A stretch of DNA of 64,000 nucleotides, taken from Microthyrium microscopicum. Its lineage: Eukaryota. The stretch is from the NCBI GenBank assembly GCA_010405405.1, contig MU004237.1, positions 1,623,345 through 1,687,344 of the forward strand. Reading direction: 5' to 3'. The notes beneath the pieces were generated by a model. The model searched no databases. It was not told where the DNA came from and worked only from the letters and a program-made list of their open reading frames with translations. This document shows, piece by piece, positions 61,858 to 64,000 of the stretch; the first letter of the stretch is position 1; every line of letters begins with the position of its first letter. Both the position numbers and the translations under genes were made by a program.

Positions 61858-64000
61858 TTACAACGCAAAAGGATTGACAGACCGGATGGTCAAGCATCTG
61901 AAGCGAATTAGCAAAGAACGGGTGGGTTGGGACGAATATAACTTACGGTGGGCTCTTGGAGAGATCCGTCTTAAGGATAATGGGCACACGTGTCATCTCG
62001 CGGACTTCCTGTATGTAGTTGCTACCCTCCTCTCTCAAGGTGAACATGCTGAGATACTTGTCTTTGTTGCTGAGTTTGGTCTCGGGATGATCTCCAGCAG
62101 ATTGGGAAAGCTTGGAGTCAGACTTGGTGCGATGAGGCGCACCACCTGGCCGCATACCATTCTTAGTTGGAGATGGTGGCATACTCTGGGTTGGACGATC
62201 GTGGGAAGCGAGTGACACACCAGCGGTCATTTCGGTCATATCAGCCACATCGGTATCTTCGTCATCATCAAAGAGAGCGTCGGCTTCATCGGTAGCCATA
62301 GAGCCAGTGTCCAATTGGCGACGTTTGGCTTCTTGGGCCTCCTTCTCGCGCTGCTTGGCCGCCTCCTGTTCACGGTGAAGCTGAGCAGTAGCCTGGTTGT
62401 TGTTGCCACGAGAGTTGGCCTTTGGCTGTTCGTCTTCTGGGACATAGGCTGAGGATGGCACACCCTTCTCCCAAAACAGTTCAAGGAGACGAGTGTGTTT
62501 GTCAAACTCTGCTTTCTTGAGTGGCAGCTGGTCGCAGTGAACACGCTTTTCAAAGCCCCATTCAGGGATGAGAACATCAAAGGCTGATTCGTAGACGCAG
62601 ACTACAATACCTTCGGCAATGAGGTCACCGCCAATCTCACGAGCCTTTTTGTCCATCATACGGCAGGCATCGATGTGAACGCTTTGCTCTTGAGCGAAAT
62701 GTGCCGAATCCTTCTTCGTGGTACACATCTCCGCGGCCTTAGCCAAGCTATCAACGTCTTCAGCGAAATCGCTAGGGTTACCAGCAAGAACAGAATCAAG
62801 CTGTCGGTGAACAAGAACGTCGGCGTAACGGCGAGTTGGGTGAGTGAAATGAGTGTACACCGGCAAGTTCAAAGCATAATGAGCATGCTTGTCTTCGGAT
62901 GATCGTCCTGCAACATAATAGCGGCCTCGTTGCATAGTCTTGATGAGGAGGGTCTCAACACCCTTTCGGGTATCATCGTCCTCGATCTTGAAGATGCTGT
63001 TTTGCAGACTGCCACTGCTCTCAGTGTCAATGTCGAGACCAATTCCGTTCATGCGTTCATGGAAAGTCTGGAGACGACGCATGTTTGGTGCATCTTGGCG
63101 ACGAAGGAAAGCCTTTTCAGGCATGGCTTCATGAAGCTTATTGGCAACAAAGTAGTTAGCCTTGCAGCATATTTCTTCAATGAGCTCATGAGCTGGCGAG
63201 GAGTTGAAGATGTTGTTCTCCGGTGGTACGTTTTCGTCATCGAGCTGATAGACGAGGCGTAGGGCTGGGATTTCAACCTCTGAACGATCACCATAGCGAG
63301 CTTGTCGCCATCTACGAATGATACTGTTGAGTTTCTTGACATCTTCGGCTTGGCTGTTGTTGAGACCAGATCCACGTCCAGAGAGAACACTGTCGACGTC
63401 TTCGTATGAAAGTAAGCCGGTGCTTTTGATGATACCCTTTCCGATCCAGGTCTCGTCATCAAGAACACGTCCAGTGGAGAGATCAACCTTGAAAACAATA
63501 CTGACAGTGTAGCGGTCCTCACCAGGCTTCAAGCAGAGAATATCGGTAGATAGACGAGGTGGAAGGAGATTAACCGTTCGGTTCGTCAAATATACTGCAG
63601 TGCCACGCTTGCGAGCCTCGCGATCAACCAAAGAGTTGGCCTTGACAAAGTGAGCAACATCTGCAACATGGATAGCGATTTCAGCATGTCCATCATCAAG
63701 AATCTTGAAATGAACTGCATTGTCCAGTTCCTTGATGCCATGGGGGTTGACAGTAAGAACAGGGTCATTGCGGAAATCACGGCGCTCTTGGGTAGCGGCC
63801 TCTCCATCAGCTTCAACGGACCATTGGTCATGTCCAACGTTGTTTGAGACAGCCTCCGCAAATTCATCAGGACCGAAGTTGTTGTCGCGCAAAAGAGCAT
63901 CGGTTTCCACCTTAAGGTCGCCCATGTCTCCAAGAGATTCAACGAGTGTGCCAAATGGATGCAACGAAGTAATGGGCCATCGCTTTATGCAAGCCACAAA
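61858..64000 (-). CDS. SSD1: Ssd1 RNB-family (Dis3L2-related) pseudonuclease RNA-binding protein, 5' end outside the window
   Basis: IKRWPITSLHPFGTLVE, HVADVAHFVKANSLVDREARKRGTAVYL, YTHFTHPTRRYAD, FEKRVHCDQLPL. Last intron 61946-61898, then CLTIRSVNPFAL*. Confidence 0.93.

Noticed and set aside
1..64000. Transposons, CRISPR arrays, rRNA, secondary-metabolite backbone genes, stop-codon readthrough PTS1 signals
   Set aside because: No transposase/RT motifs, terminal repeats, spacer arrays, rRNA or PKS/NRPS sequence seen. The stops I checked (monooxygenase, GNAT, OLA1) show no TGA-CTA context or downstream SKL-type extension.

Overview
Eukaryotic, intron-rich genomic DNA from a filamentous ascomycete (Pezizomycotina; GT..AG introns of about 45-70 nt with CTAAC/CTRAY branch points). 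About 22 protein-coding genes can be assembled by splicing the ORF track: CUS2/Tat-SF1, an Amt/Mep ammonium transporter, a REI1/TRI15-like zinc-finger protein, an S53 sedolisin, an S10 carboxypeptidase, a DUF2235 hydrolase, a bZIP factor, SAS10, an EthA-type monooxygenase, a membrane protein, an FtsJ-like protein, a nucleoside hydrolase, a LYC1-like GNAT, OLA1, a CFEM-like GPI protein, an AT-hook orphan, TIM44, mitochondrial uS11, SEC13, PEX20, an HEXXH secreted protease and the 3' part of SSD1. I found no transposon, tRNA or rRNA. The most interesting signals are non-coding or non-canonical: a 430-nt, densely base-paired first intron in the U2 snRNP factor CUS2; an AUG-less, mitochondrial-presequence-like in-frame extension upstream of OLA1; an intronic box C/D snoRNA in OLA1 with no target I could identify; and a stop-free, in-frame 108-nt intron in the nucleoside hydrolase. 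All exon boundaries and RNA helices were read by eye and need computational or RNA-seq confirmation.
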